A DNA stretch of 64,000 nucleotides from a virus (IMGVR_UViG_3300026302_000005:64001-128000), one strand, 5' to 3'; shown: positions 19,691 through 29,958, counted from the stretch's first letter. Program-made: numbers and translations. Notes: generated by a model from the letters alone, not told the origin.

Positions 19691-20374
19691 ATGATGGCTC
19701 AGCGTGTCGATCTCATTGAGGTTATCCTCCCCAACCAAAAGCCTCTGATTGCAGAACAGCAAGCAGAGGTTCTGGTTGAGGGTGCGGAAGCTCAGAAGTT
19801 CTACTATCTCACCGGATTGTTTCTTGAGGGTGAGACGCAGAACCAGAACGGGCGGGTATACCCCCGGGATGAGATTGCTGCTGCCGTGGACAAGCTGAAC
19901 CAGACGATTTCCAAGCGTGGTCCGATTCCGGGTGAACTCGATCACCCCGATGGTATGAACATCAACTTCGACCGACTGGCCGTGGCTATCACGGGTATGA
20001 GAATGGAAGGTAACAACGGCATCGGTAAGATGCGTGTGGTTCCTGCCGGTCTCGGGTTGATCATCGAAGGTGCGATCAAGGCCGGTATCCAGGTTGGTGT
20101 GTCCAGCCGGGGAACTGGAAACGTAGACTCGTCGGGCAGAGTCAGCGATTTCGACATTGTGACTGTTGACGCAGTGTTGAATCCGAGTGCCCCGAATGCA
20201 TACCCGACGGCATCGCTGGCCGAAAGCCTATCCCGTTATGGGGCTGGCACCGAAGCCATGACGTTGGCGGAATATGCAAAGTATGATCCACGGGCTAAAG
20301 CCCATCTGGAAAAGCAAATTGAAACCCTCTTCGTTCAACTGCGGGACGATGTAGTTTGGAGAACAAGAAAATGA
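19691..20374 (+). CDS. gp21: Prohead protease (T4 gp21-like)
   Basis: NQNGRVYP, GELDHP, GVSSRGTG and D.V..PSAPNA motifs. Confidence 0.93.
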   Translation: MMAQRVDLIEVILPNQKPLIAEQQAEVLVEGAEAQKFYYLTGLFLEGETQNQNGRVYPRDEIAAAVDKLNQTISKRGPIPGELDHPDGMNINFDRLAVAITGMRMEGNNGIGKMRVVPAGLGLIIEGAIKAGIQVGVSSRGTGNVDSSGRVSDFDIVTVDAVLNPSAPNAYPTASLAESLSRYGAGTEAMTLAEYAKYDPRAKAHLEKQIETLFVQLRDDVVWRTRK

Positions 20375-21459
20375 GCAAAACCATCGAGGATATCCTCAAG
20401 GAGATGCCGCTGGATGATGCGGTGAAAGGTCGTCTCAAGGAAGCTTGGACCTCTGCACTGGCTGATGCCAAGGTTGCCCAAGAGGCCGAGGTTCAGGAAG
20501 CCGTGTCGAAGCAATACGACGCTGACCTGAACAAAATCCATGAAGCATTCAAAATCTACCTGGAACAGCGCCTGCAACCGCACGTCGCTGAACTGCAAGA
20601 GGGTGTCGCTGCTGTAGAAGGCATGAAGACCCGTTATGCACAGAAGACGGCCCAGATCAAAGAGGCTGCACAGAACTACGTGCGCAAGCGTCTTGGTGCC
20701 ATCGAGCAGGTGATCGAGAGCCGTATCCAGGCTGAGCTTTCTGAGCTTCACGAAGACGTGGTTGCAAACCGTCGTGCGGTTCTGCAAACCATCACCGAGA
20801 AGCGGGCCGAACTGGATGCCGAAAAGATCAAGTTCCGTGCCAAAGCGGCTGCGGTGCTGGAAAACATCATCAACGTGAAGGTTCCGAAGCAGCTTGAACC
20901 GCTGCGTGAGGATATCATGGCGGCTCGCCAGGATAACTTCGGTCGTGAAATCTTTGAAGCTTTCTCCACGATGTTCCGTCGTCAGTTCTTTGACACCAGT
21001 GCGGAATTCAAGAAGCTGGCTACAAAGACCAAGGCTTTGAGCGAAGAGGTCGCTGTTGTGAAGCAGCAGGCCGCGAAGTCGGTCAAAGAGAGCAAAGAGC
21101 AAGCTGCTGCTGCAACTGCTGCTTACTCGAAGCTGAAAGAGTCGGCAGTTCGTGCCACCACGATGTCCCGGCTTCTGAAACCCCTGACGGGTGCTGCTCG
21201 CGAACAGATGAGAACCCTGCTCGAAGCCACCAAGACGGAAAAACTGGATGCTACATTCCGGAAAGCTCTTCCGCAATTGGTTCGTGAGTCCAAGAAGGCT
21301 CCCGCACCTATGGCCAAGCCGAGCCAGCGGGTAGCAACCCCTTCACCGAAAGTGATGGAATTTCGTGGCGGATCGCCTGCCCAACTCACCGAATCGGAAT
21401 ACGATCCGTTCGATGACGAAGTAGCAAACATCCGTCGTTTGGCTGGAAACAAGAACTGA
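20371..21459 (+). CDS. gp22: Prohead scaffold (T4 gp22-like)
   Basis: Coiled coil with FGREIFEAF and C-terminal IRRLAG; lies between protease and capsid genes. Confidence 0.85.
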   Translation: MSKTIEDILKEMPLDDAVKGRLKEAWTSALADAKVAQEAEVQEAVSKQYDADLNKIHEAFKIYLEQRLQPHVAELQEGVAAVEGMKTRYAQKTAQIKEAAQNYVRKRLGAIEQVIESRIQAELSELHEDVVANRRAVLQTITEKRAELDAEKIKFRAKAAAVLENIINVKVPKQLEPLREDIMAARQDNFGREIFEAFSTMFRRQFFDTSAEFKKLATKTKALSEEVAVVKQQAAKSVKESKEQAAAATAAYSKLKESAVRATTMSRLLKPLTGAAREQMRTLLEATKTEKLDATFRKALPQLVRESKKAPAPMAKPSQRVATPSPKVMEFRGGSPAQLTESEYDPFDDEVANIRRLAGNKN

Positions 21460-21549
21460 TTTGAAAAAAACAAGGGTCTAGCAGGGAATATCGAGACTAC
21501 TTCGTAAATACCTGTGTAAAATGCTGACCCCCAATGGGAGATAACTACG

Positions 21550-22773
21550 ATGGCAAACATCATCAAACAGACTGCAAGTTCCAAGTGGGATCGCATCAAA
21601 GATGCTCTCAAAGAAGGACTTAACCAAAAGAGCGCCAAGCACCTGGATGCTGTTCTGGAGAACACCCGCAAGGATTTCGTGTCTCGCCAGAAGATGCTGA
21701 TGGAAAACGCTTCGGCCTCTGCCGTCTCGACCGGCAACATCGCCACGCTGAACAAGGTGATCCTTCCGATCATCCGTCGTGTTCTGCCGAACGTGATCGC
21801 CAACGAGATTGTCGGCGTTCAGCCGATGCCGGGTCCGATTGCTCAGATCATGACCATGCGCTACACCTACGGCTCGACCGTTCCTGGTGCTGGTGTCGTG
21901 GCCGGTGAAGAGATGCTCACCCCGCTGCACATCCGTGATCTGGCCGCTGCCTACTCGGGTAACGAACTCCAGTCCACCCCTGCTGGCGCATTGACTGCCC
22001 AGCTTGAAGGTGTGCCGGGTAACGCCGTGAAGCTCGAAATGCTCAAGCAGATCGTCGAAGCGAAGAGCCGTCGTCTCTCCGCCCGCTGGACTGTGGAAGC
22101 ACAAACCGACGCTCAGAACCAGTATGGTGTTGACGTCGAAGAAGAGCTTCTGGCTGCTGTGGCCCAGGAAATCACCGTCGAAATCGACCAGGAAATCCTA
22201 CGTTCGCTTCGTCAGCTTCCGGCTACCCCGACTGCTGCCAACACGTTTGACCAGTCCGCTGTTGCTGGTCAGCCGACCTCTGTGGTTGACGAATTCGCTG
22301 CACTCGCCGTGCTGATGAACCGTCAGGCCAACCTGATCGCCACCCGCACCCGTCGCGGCAAGGGCAACTGGGCTGTCATCAGCCCGACCGTCCTGACCGT
22401 TCTGGAATCGGCTCGTGCATCCGCGTTCGCCCGCACCACCGAAGGCAACTTCGAAGCCCCGACCAACAACAAGTTCGTCGGAACCCTGAACAACAGCATG
22501 AAGCTGTATGTTGACACCTATGCAGACGACGACACTCCGGTGCTGATCGGCTACAAGGGTGACAGCGAAATTGACGCCGCCACGTTCTACTGCCCTTACG
22601 TGCCGCTGACCACACACGGCGTTGTGACCGACCCGAACTCGTTCGAAATGGTCACCTCGTTCTACACCCGCTACGGGTATGTGGAATTCATCAACACCGC
22701 CACGTCGCTCGGCAACTCTGCCGACTACCTGGGCCTGGTGGGGATCAACGCAGGCACCCTGTCGTTCCTGTAA
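21550..22773 (+). CDS. gp23: Major capsid protein (T4 gp23-like)
   Basis: IANEIVGVQPM.GP, AKSRRLSARWT, EIDQEI, YCPYVPL and TRYG motifs; TAAATA at 21505. Confidence 0.96.
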   Translation: MANIIKQTASSKWDRIKDALKEGLNQKSAKHLDAVLENTRKDFVSRQKMLMENASASAVSTGNIATLNKVILPIIRRVLPNVIANEIVGVQPMPGPIAQIMTMRYTYGSTVPGAGVVAGEEMLTPLHIRDLAAAYSGNELQSTPAGALTAQLEGVPGNAVKLEMLKQIVEAKSRRLSARWTVEAQTDAQNQYGVDVEEELLAAVAQEITVEIDQEILRSLRQLPATPTAANTFDQSAVAGQPTSVVDEFAALAVLMNRQANLIATRTRRGKGNWAVISPTVLTVLESARASAFARTTEGNFEAPTNNKFVGTLNNSMKLYVDTYADDDTPVLIGYKGDSEIDAATFYCPYVPLTTHGVVTDPNSFEMVTSFYTRYGYVEFINTATSLGNSADYLGLVGINAGTLSFL

Positions 22774-22801
22774 GAACAAGAGCCAGGTCTACTGGCCGAG
22801 C

Positions 22802-22828
22802 AAAAGGGCCCCTCCGGGGGCCCTTTTT
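22802..22828 (+). terminator. Rho-independent terminator after the capsid gene
   Basis: AAAAGGGCCCC-TCCG-GGGGCCCTTTTT hairpin. Confidence 0.85.
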
Positions 22829-22880
22829 CATGCCGTTGTGGAACTGATTCCATAAATATGAGTATAGAGGAGACTAACAC

Positions 22881-23360
22881 ATGCGTGAAGAACTTGAACA
22901 GATTATGCGGAAGCAACTGGCATATGCCAAAATGCCCCGTGCCGAACTGTTGGCCGTCATCGATCAGAGGATCGCGGAAGCTGCTGAACTGACCCGGGCG
23001 GCTGGCGATCAGCAGGCTGAGGATATCCAACACATCGTGGCATTCGTGAAATCTCAACAGGACGATGATCAGGTTCGGGAAGTCAAGGCGGCTGTAGAAA
23101 CCGCCCAGGACGCCGCAGATCGAGCCGTGGGAGCCGCAGACAGGGCCGAGGATGTGTTGAAGCTGGTTGGTGCAGAAGCCCCCGCAGAAGCCCCGGTAGA
23201 GGCTCCTAAGGCTGAGACCAAAGAAGACGCCAAGGCTGAGACCAAAGAAGAGGAAAAAGTCGATCCATCCGCGATTGATGTCACCGACGGGGTTTCACCG
23301 GTTGAACTTGCTGCCGTAGTGGATGCCGTCAAAAAAGCACCACCTAAGCGGCCCAAGTGA
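22881..23360 (+). CDS. Late hypothetical protein (Ala/Glu-rich)
   Basis: TAAATA at 22853, GAGGAG SD, KAETKE repeat. Confidence 0.7.
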   Translation: MREELEQIMRKQLAYAKMPRAELLAVIDQRIAEAAELTRAAGDQQAEDIQHIVAFVKSQQDDDQVREVKAAVETAQDAADRAVGAADRAEDVLKLVGAEAPAEAPVEAPKAETKEDAKAETKEEEKVDPSAIDVTDGVSPVELAAVVDAVKKAPPKRPK

Positions 23361-23375
23361 TGAACATGAAAACGC

Positions 23376-23402
23376 AATAGGGGGCCCGTAGGCCCCCTAT
23401 TC
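23376..23402. terminator. Bidirectional hairpin between convergent genes
   Basis: AATAGGGGGCC-CGTA-GGCCCCCTATT. Confidence 0.7.
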
Positions 23403-24612
23403 AGTTGAACTCGGTTCCACCTTTCCGGAGTTTGTAATCCGGGCTTACAGCTTTCAACCGAACCGGACCCAGGATGTCGTCCCGACGTGGGATCATCGGG
23501 TAGATGACGATGCCCTCACGGACATGCGACCCACCCAGGGTGGTTTTCCCATCACGGTATTCCACCATCACATCCTGATCGAATGGACCCGTGTAGAGAA
23601 TCGGTGCCACATTCGATCCCATTGCTTTGGCATGCTCTGCCACTGCGTTGGGACCCACCCAGTCCATGATGTGATGAACTTCGACGCCGACCAGGAACAG
23701 TCGATATTCTTTGCCAGTCGCACCGTAATCGAGGTCTTGGACACCCTTGCCGTAGGTCTCGCCCAGGATGATCAGCCGTTCGTTATGATCGAGGTTCAGG
23801 CTTTCATACCAGGTCCAAAACTGATCGGTCAGAAGAGCTTTTAGCCCCTGGACGTAGAGGTTGTTGGCATTCTGCTCGTTGTCCTTGAACACCAGACCCT
23901 GTTTGCCCAGACCCTTGCTGAACACCACCACGTCACGGGAGCCCCACGGGGCCATGAAAGCATCCGGATGGTTCAGTCCGGGGATGATCTTGATCCCCGT
24001 GAAGGTGCCATGAAGCTTCTCCATGAACACCACGATTTCACCATCCCGAATCACATCCGGGTATTTCTCCCACGGCTCCAGGTCGAAGTTCGTTGCCGGT
24101 TCGCCCAGGTTGAACACTTCCCCGCCCATGTTGGTGGGAATTTCGGGTTCGTATTTGGTGATACCCAGCCGCTCGGCCACGTCTTCCCCGATGTCCACGA
24201 CCCATCCAAACGGAAGCATACCGAACTCAGGATGCTCCTGTTTGTCACCGTAGACGACCAGTTCGGTCACTTCACGCTCGGCATGCCATGTGGGTTCAAC
24301 CCGATACAGGATACCCTCGGAGAAGATACCACGAAGCTTGATCGCTTTGACCCGGTTCCCCTTGGTCCCAGCCAGGAAGCCGATACCTTTCTCTTCGTTC
24401 CACATGTCCTGCTTTCGCAGGAGCCATTCCGGTAGCACTGCGTTCTCGGGGATGTAAACGACTGCATCCCCCGGCTGATACCGCCACGAGCCATCCTCGT
24501 GTTTGTTCGCAATGCAGGTGTAACCGCCAATCCGGACGATGGTCAGTCGATCTGCATTCGGATGCTCTTGCACGTCGTCAATCGTGACGACCTTTACGTC
24601 AAAGTTAGCCAC
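23401..24612 (-). CDS. ATP-dependent RNA ligase, DRB0094/Rnl5-like, with N-terminal OB domain
   Basis: HPNADRL N-terminus, motif I EKLHGT, GETYG, REGIVI, LKAVSPDY. Confidence 0.85.
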   Translation of the reverse strand: MANFDVKVVTIDDVQEHPNADRLTIVRIGGYTCIANKHEDGSWRYQPGDAVVYIPENAVLPEWLLRKQDMWNEEKGIGFLAGTKGNRVKAIKLRGIFSEGILYRVEPTWHAEREVTELVVYGDKQEHPEFGMLPFGWVVDIGEDVAERLGITKYEPEIPTNMGGEVFNLGEPATNFDLEPWEKYPDVIRDGEIVVFMEKLHGTFTGIKIIPGLNHPDAFMAPWGSRDVVVFSKGLGKQGLVFKDNEQNANNLYVQGLKALLTDQFWTWYESLNLDHNERLIILGETYGKGVQDLDYGATGKEYRLFLVGVEVHHIMDWVGPNAVAEHAKAMGSNVAPILYTGPFDQDVMVEYRDGKTTLGGSHVREGIVIYPMIPRRDDILGPVRLKAVSPDYKLRKGGTEFN

Positions 24613-25972
24613 GGTGCCTTCTCCCTCTCACATGTGTGGGTCCACTATCGGTTCCCATAGTAGCTGCAACTTCCAGCACCGGTGGATGAGATACATCCAT
24701 CGGAGTTGGGTTCGTGAAGAATCCCCGAATATCATCATCCGAGTAATAAAGCAACATGTATCTTGCCTGGGCAGGAGAGATCACACTGTATTGCTCTTCG
24801 GTCACCGCAGTGGTGCGATCCAGGAGTTTACACAGCCCCAGCCATTCCGGCCATGCCATGTTCTTGAACTCCAGGTGAACATCGAACCGCCCGGGCCGAA
24901 CCACGGCAGGATCAAGGCTGTCATATCGGTTGGTGGTTGCGATGGTGATAAGCCCGTGTGGGGAGAGCAGGCCATCCAAGGTGTTTAGAAGGTTCGACAT
25001 ACCATCACGAACGATAGCCTTCATGAAAGCCTCGGAACCACTCGTTTCACGTTCATCATCCTGTCGCTTTGCCACGGTGAGCCCACTCACATCGATATCC
25101 TCGATCACCAGGATAGTGGATTTCAAGTCCATCCCACCGGTGTGGATTTTGTCACCGGTGCTGAAACAGATGTTGCGCTTGTAGTGGGATGCCAGTGCAT
25201 GGATCAACGAGGTCTTGCCGGTGCCCGGAGGCCCGGAGAGGATGATACCCATATGGTAGGGCAGTCCTTTGCTGACATAGTATTCCTCGGACTCCATGAA
25301 CCGGTCCAGCTTTTCCAGGATATACGCCTTGTCTTCTTCCGGAATGATCACGGTATCCATACTGCGACGGGGTTTAGATGCAGTTCGCATCATGTCTCCG
25401 TCTTTGTCGATCTGATAGATCGCAACCAGGTCCTGGGTTTGCAGGCTACCGATAGTGAGTTCGAGGCTTTTCATCAGAGTATTGATTGCCGAGGTTCGAC
25501 CACCGATGATTTTGATCGTCACCGTCTCTTTGAACTTCGCCGATTGCGAGTCTTCGGTGGCACGGGTTATGATGACCGGCCACCAATCGATGAACCCAAT
25601 GCTGGTTCCGTATCCAATCGTGAGGATGAGCTTTTCGGTTTCCCAACTGTAGCTGATCGTGAAGAACCGTTGGAAAATCTTGGCCAGCGATTTGTCATAG
25701 AGATATTGGGTGATCTCGTGGTAGTAGTTGTTGTCCGAGTTGAAGGTGATTTCGGATGTTACTGCCATCTTGAGGTAGGTGATGAACATCCCGATGAAGC
25801 CCCGGAACATATACCATACCGCCAACAGAATAGCTGGAACCACGGTGGCGATCAGGAAATCGTTGTTGGCCAATTCCTCGGTCAGCCATTGCCCACCCTG
25901 GCTGGGAATACTCTTGATGATTTCCCAAATGGTGGGTATCAAGCTGGTATCGATGCTAATGATCTGGTCCAT
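24605..25972 (-). CDS. BCS1-like AAA+ ATPase with N-terminal TM segment
   Basis: GPPGTGKTS, IEDID, LLNTLDG, TTN, LDPAVVRPGRFD; TM helix near residues 40-65. Confidence 0.85.
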   Translation of the reverse strand: MDQIISIDTSLIPTIWEIIKSIPSQGGQWLTEELANNDFLIATVVPAILLAVWYMFRGFIGMFITYLKMAVTSEITFNSDNNYYHEITQYLYDKSLAKIFQRFFTISYSWETEKLILTIGYGTSIGFIDWWPVIITRATEDSQSAKFKETVTIKIIGGRTSAINTLMKSLELTIGSLQTQDLVAIYQIDKDGDMMRTASKPRRSMDTVIIPEEDKAYILEKLDRFMESEEYYVSKGLPYHMGIILSGPPGTGKTSLIHALASHYKRNICFSTGDKIHTGGMDLKSTILVIEDIDVSGLTVAKRQDDERETSGSEAFMKAIVRDGMSNLLNTLDGLLSPHGLITIATTNRYDSLDPAVVRPGRFDVHLEFKNMAWPEWLGLCKLLDRTTAVTEEQYSVISPAQARYMLLYYSDDDIRGFFTNPTPMDVSHPPVLEVAATMGTDSGPTHVRGRRHRG

Positions 25973-26069
25973 CGACTATATCCTGAATTTACGGTGTTTC
26001 TCTATATGTCGCAGACCTAACGAGTTATGTCAACCCTTGTTTTGGTGTGAGGCTGGTCTAAATATGATT

Positions 26070-26131
26070 CGGGTGGGTTGCCGTAAGGGACCCGCCTCGT
26101 AACCTTGCTGTCATAGGAGGTAACATACATG
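26070..26131 (+). promoter_or_regulatory. ROSE-like RNA thermometer in the hsp20 leader
   Basis: A 5' hairpin followed by CCTTGCT...AGGAGG, i.e. U(U/C)GCU opposite the SD. Confidence 0.5.
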
Positions 26132-26653
26132 ACCAGCGCATTCGATCCGTTCCGTATGGGACGATACTTGGGGTTTGACCCCGTGTTCGAGCAACTCGAC
26201 CGGTTCCTGGAGACCGCAACTTCCAAGATCACTTTTCCGCCCTACAACCTGGCAAAGCTCTCCGAGCAGATGTTCCAACTGCAATTCGCGTTGGCCGGAT
26301 TCTCGAAAGACGAGATTCGGGTTCGTCAAGAGGGTGACTATCTTGTTGTTGAAGGTAGCATGAAGGATCGGAATACCGGCCCACAAATGCTTCACCAGGG
26401 TATTTCTGCCAAAGACTTCATGGTCAAGTTTCTGCTGGCCGAAGGTGTGATGGTGGATAAGGTCGAGTTCGACAACGGGCTATTGTCGATCCAGGTTCAG
26501 AAGCCGGTGTCCGGGAAGAAGGAGATAACCTTCAAGATTCAGACTCCGCTTCCCAGGGCTACACCAACCGAGGTTGCGATAACACGAAATTTTGCTGAGG
26601 AGCGAACCTCAGACATGATGGACGAACTTCGGGATCATCAAGCCAACAACTAA
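26129..26653 (+). CDS. hsp20: Small heat-shock protein (Hsp20/IbpA-like)
   Basis: FPPYN, ALAGF, LHQGIS..F and FDNGLL motifs. Confidence 0.9.
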   Translation: MTSAFDPFRMGRYLGFDPVFEQLDRFLETATSKITFPPYNLAKLSEQMFQLQFALAGFSKDEIRVRQEGDYLVVEGSMKDRNTGPQMLHQGISAKDFMVKFLLAEGVMVDKVEFDNGLLSIQVQKPVSGKKEITFKIQTPLPRATPTEVAITRNFAEERTSDMMDELRDHQANN

Positions 26654-26659
26654 CGGTGC

Positions 26660-26680
26660 GGGCCCCTTCCGGGGCCCAAA
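26660..26680. terminator. GC hairpin between convergent genes
   Basis: GGGCCCC-TTCC-GGGGCCC. Confidence 0.65.
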
Positions 26681-26947
26681 TCACTCTTTGGGGGTTTGTT
26701 TGAATACTGTGGCGTTGTCTGCCACGGCACTGGCCGTGTAACCAAACGCTGCACCCCCAGCCAGCATGAATGCATATTCCATCGCTGTGATGTGTAGGAC
26801 GTTTGCAGGATCACCATACACAACGATGTATCCGATCACTGCGGCACAAAACCACAGTGTTCCGTAGGTGATCTTTTTTCGGTTACCCCGGGTGGGTAGC
26901 ATTTTCGAGATAATGCCGGGATCGAGAGCTAAGAGTGGGTGTGCCAT
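26681..26947 (-). CDS. Small two-TM late protein (holin-like candidate)
   Basis: TAAATA at 26966-26971, GGAGG SD, two hydrophobic helices. Confidence 0.55.
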   Translation of the reverse strand: MAHPLLALDPGIISKMLPTRGNRKKITYGTLWFCAAVIGYIVVYGDPANVLHITAMEYAFMLAGGAAFGYTASAVADNATVFKQTPKE

Positions 26948-26978
26948 GTAATGTTCCTCCACCCGTATTTAGACCCGG

Positions 26979-27767
26979 TTAGAACCAGCGTCGGTCCGCT
27001 CCGATCATGGCAATCGTCTTGAGCATTTGATGGACTGCGGGCATATTCATCTTGCCGTTTTCATCGCGAACGCCGCCCTCCATATCGATCCAGATGTAAC
27101 CATCGCCGACGATCTTCTCTAGTTCAACCAAGGTGGTTATCACGTTGCTGGGATTGATGCCGCCAGCATAGCCGTTCAGAACTCCCGCGATAGGCTTGTT
27201 CCAGGTCCCAGGTTCAATTCCGCGACCGCCCGAGGCATCGTGGAGAATCTGATGGGCACGAATCGCACCAGTCTCTTTTTGTTGCATGGCTTCCCATACC
27301 CAGTGGTTGGCGACGTTGTGTTGGGTGATGATATTGCCGGAGTAGCTTTCATACCACCCATCCGACAGGGCATGCATAGTTCCGGTGCCAAATTTCTCCT
27401 GTTGTGCGGAGAAGTTCACCTGCACCCGGCCAAAGGTGATATCGAACTTCATATAGTCGATGCCGAATCCTTCCAACCATCTGGTTGAAAAGGTTTCGTC
27501 CAGTTTGGTTTGGAAAACAAAATCCCGCATCGTCTTGCCGCATAGGTGAGCAGCGAAGCGTGGGCGTGTTCCGATGACCGGAAACTCTTTCAACCGTTCG
27601 ACAAGACCGGTGATCCATTCCGCACTCGGATACCGAGGAGTTCCCTTTCGACCATCAGAAAACAGGACGCCCCACTCCAACCATGGATACTGCTTGGACA
27701 GTTTCAGGACTTCTTCATAATCGTTGTCATCGTCCAGGCCGGTGATAGTGACCGAGTGCAGCTTCAT
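26979..27767 (-). CDS. TrpF (PRAI)-like TIM-barrel protein
   Basis: ITG.DD, EWGVL, RYPS, AHLCG, DASGGRG, GYAGGINP.N and WIDMEGGVR motifs. Confidence 0.7.
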   Translation of the reverse strand: MKLHSVTITGLDDDNDYEEVLKLSKQYPWLEWGVLFSDGRKGTPRYPSAEWITGLVERLKEFPVIGTRPRFAAHLCGKTMRDFVFQTKLDETFSTRWLEGFGIDYMKFDITFGRVQVNFSAQQEKFGTGTMHALSDGWYESYSGNIITQHNVANHWVWEAMQQKETGAIRAHQILHDASGGRGIEPGTWNKPIAGVLNGYAGGINPSNVITTLVELEKIVGDGYIWIDMEGGVRDENGKMNMPAVHQMLKTIAMIGADRRWF

Positions 27768-27769
27768 GG

Positions 27770-28036
27770 TCAGTCCTCTTGATCTATGGGTTCAATCCAT
27801 ATTGGGGTTGTATCTCCAACATAGGAGCCGCCGATGTTGAAGTCAAAGAACTCGCGGGCCTCGTCATAGGACATACCATCGCGTTCCATCAGGATCGAGA
27901 GCACTTTTCCCACGTCATATGCCAGGACGTCGGACATGCCACACCGAGAGGCCACACCGATGATTGCTTCATCGAGCCCATCCGCCACCATCATACCATC
28001 GAATCGTTCGTCAGTGATATCAATTGCCATCGTCAT
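27770..28036 (-). CDS. Conserved small phage protein
   Basis: DGLDEAIIG...EAREFFDFNI.G.YVG..TP pattern. Confidence 0.7.
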   Translation of the reverse strand: MTMAIDITDERFDGMMVADGLDEAIIGVASRCGMSDVLAYDVGKVLSILMERDGMSYDEAREFFDFNIGGSYVGDTTPIWIEPIDQED

Positions 28037-28755
28037 TCTCCAGTGATCAGTTTTGCTGGTTGCCAGTTTTTGGTCCAGTGTTGGTCGGTCTGCACATGAT
28101 GGGCCCGGACATACTTTGCCACCTTCTGTGGGAATTCTTCCGCATTGAAGCTGTCAGCATGCCGCATCACAAAACCTTCGCGGGGCCCACCGATACTGGA
28201 CGGCTCCCGAAGATTCTTGACGAACCAATCAGTGATCGATTTGGTTGAATCGAACACACCCCGGAACAACACTGGCACTGTGGGGACCTCGATCTCCCGT
28301 GCCATATGCTCGACGGTGGACCATGCATAGAATCGGTCGTGTGGGTTTCCTCTGGCATCGACACCAACAGATCGAACCGCAAACAACCGATAGGTTTGAT
28401 CCTCTGGCATCGGCTCGTATTCGATGGAGTGAATTCCGTATAGGTCTTCGCCATAGAACACCAACCCGGCATCCCATGCCATGCCGGTTTCTGGATGAGG
28501 GGTTTGAAATTTGAGGGTCTTCCAGGCATGATGCTTCCGCACCATTGCCATCCACCCGGCTCGACTGGGCTGGCTGGTGGACCTGGCATAGACCTCGCCG
28601 TTCCACAGACAGGTGTTGCCGCCGTCCAACTTCTCCGTGATCACGACTTCCTGACCGACAAAGCTTTCCGGATCGGAATGAACGGTGTCATCCCGATGCA
28701 CGGTCTCCGACCATGGCCAATGGGGAGTGCTGCAATATTTCGGTGGATAGTCCAT
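28033..28755 (-). CDS. Second ATP-dependent RNA ligase-family protein (Rnl2-like core)
   Basis: KY..TPH.PWS, TEKLDGGN, GE, REGFV and AKYVR..HVQT..HW motifs. Confidence 0.8.
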   Translation of the reverse strand: MDYPPKYCSTPHWPWSETVHRDDTVHSDPESFVGQEVVITEKLDGGNTCLWNGEVYARSTSQPSRAGWMAMVRKHHAWKTLKFQTPHPETGMAWDAGLVFYGEDLYGIHSIEYEPMPEDQTYRLFAVRSVGVDARGNPHDRFYAWSTVEHMAREIEVPTVPVLFRGVFDSTKSITDWFVKNLREPSSIGGPREGFVMRHADSFNAEEFPQKVAKYVRAHHVQTDQHWTKNWQPAKLITGE

Positions 28756-28780
28756 GATCGCCTCCGTTTTTGGGAGACTA

Positions 28781-29320
28781 TCAGGTTCTTCCGTGATGGT
28801 CAATGGGTTTGAACGATTTCTTCTTCATGATCCGTTGAACTTCCTGGAACGAGATCGGAGCGTAGTTGTGGCAGTCCACACCTACGTCAAAGCTCAGTGC
28901 ATTCGGATCATCCGGGAGACTTCCGTGGGAGTGCCCATACAGGTGGAAGGCACCGTGGTGAGAACGATTCCAAACGCGAAATGCATAGTGCGACAACACC
29001 ATGAACTGCCCCTCGACCTTGATCTCCGCGTAGTCGCCGAAGAACTTCCAACCTTTGACCTGGCGGGTTGCCTTGTCGTGGTTGCCGATGCAGAAGTATT
29101 TGTTCCCGTTGAGACGGTCGAAGATACTCTGCAATCTGGGTGCATCGGAGAACCCGAAGTCTCCCAGGTGCCATACGGTGTCGTCTGGATCAACCCGGTC
29201 GTTCCAGTTCCGTATCAGTGCCTCATCCATTTCCTGGGCTGACCCAAACGGACGGTTCGAGTATTTGATGATGTTTGTGTGTCCGAAGTGTGTATCGGAC
29301 GTGAACCAAGTGTTCGTCAT
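28781..29320 (-). CDS. Calcineurin-like metallophosphoesterase
   Basis: TSDTHFGH, LGDF, GNHD, HLYGHSH and DVGVD motifs. Confidence 0.9.
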   Translation of the reverse strand: MTNTWFTSDTHFGHTNIIKYSNRPFGSAQEMDEALIRNWNDRVDPDDTVWHLGDFGFSDAPRLQSIFDRLNGNKYFCIGNHDKATRQVKGWKFFGDYAEIKVEGQFMVLSHYAFRVWNRSHHGAFHLYGHSHGSLPDDPNALSFDVGVDCHNYAPISFQEVQRIMKKKSFKPIDHHGRT

Positions 29321-29379
29321 TTGTGCTTCTCTCTTTTCATTCCACCTATAGGTATGAAAAGAGCCATACGAAGTCAATC

Positions 29380-29958
29380 TTACCCAGGGATAATCTCCAG
29401 GCACCGTTGCTCGAACCACAACCCTTCGAACTGCTGATTCTTGGCGGTCATCGTATTGTAAGCGACGAGTTCGTGAACCCGGTGATGTTGCTGTCCCGCC
29501 AACCCACCTGGCTCATAGTCGTATTCGCCCGAGTAACTATCATAGCCACCCGACGGTCCATAATACTCTCCGGTCATCACGGATCGACTGGCGTAGATGG
29601 TTGCCTCGTATCCTGCGTATTCTGGTGCCGGAATGGTGTGGATTTTTCGCTCCCGCCCACCCATGCCCATAGCACCGGCATAGAAATAGCCCAGGTCTCC
29701 CATGAGCCGATTCGTGAGCCGATGATCGCGGAGATGCTTGGTTGTGGGGGTGATCTGACTGAAAAGCTTTTTCCCATACGGTTCGACCAGATGGTCGAGA
29801 CCGATCTTTTCCAGGAACTCGATGATGTCCTGCTCGTGCTTGGCTTTCAGTTCTTCGGCGGCGATCTGCGGGGTCAGGTTGTAACCGCACCGAACGAACC
29901 GCTCCGGGATGATGACCCGAACCTTGACGCCCTTTTGGAATGGAGACTTCTTGCCCAT
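29380..29958 (-). CDS. Hypothetical protein
   Basis: ORF in the same operon, with an AAGG SD. Confidence 0.6.
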   Translation of the reverse strand: MGKKSPFQKGVKVRVIIPERFVRCGYNLTPQIAAEELKAKHEQDIIEFLEKIGLDHLVEPYGKKLFSQITPTTKHLRDHRLTNRLMGDLGYFYAGAMGMGGRERKIHTIPAPEYAGYEATIYASRSVMTGEYYGPSGGYDSYSGEYDYEPGGLAGQQHHRVHELVAYNTMTAKNQQFEGLWFEQRCLEIIPG

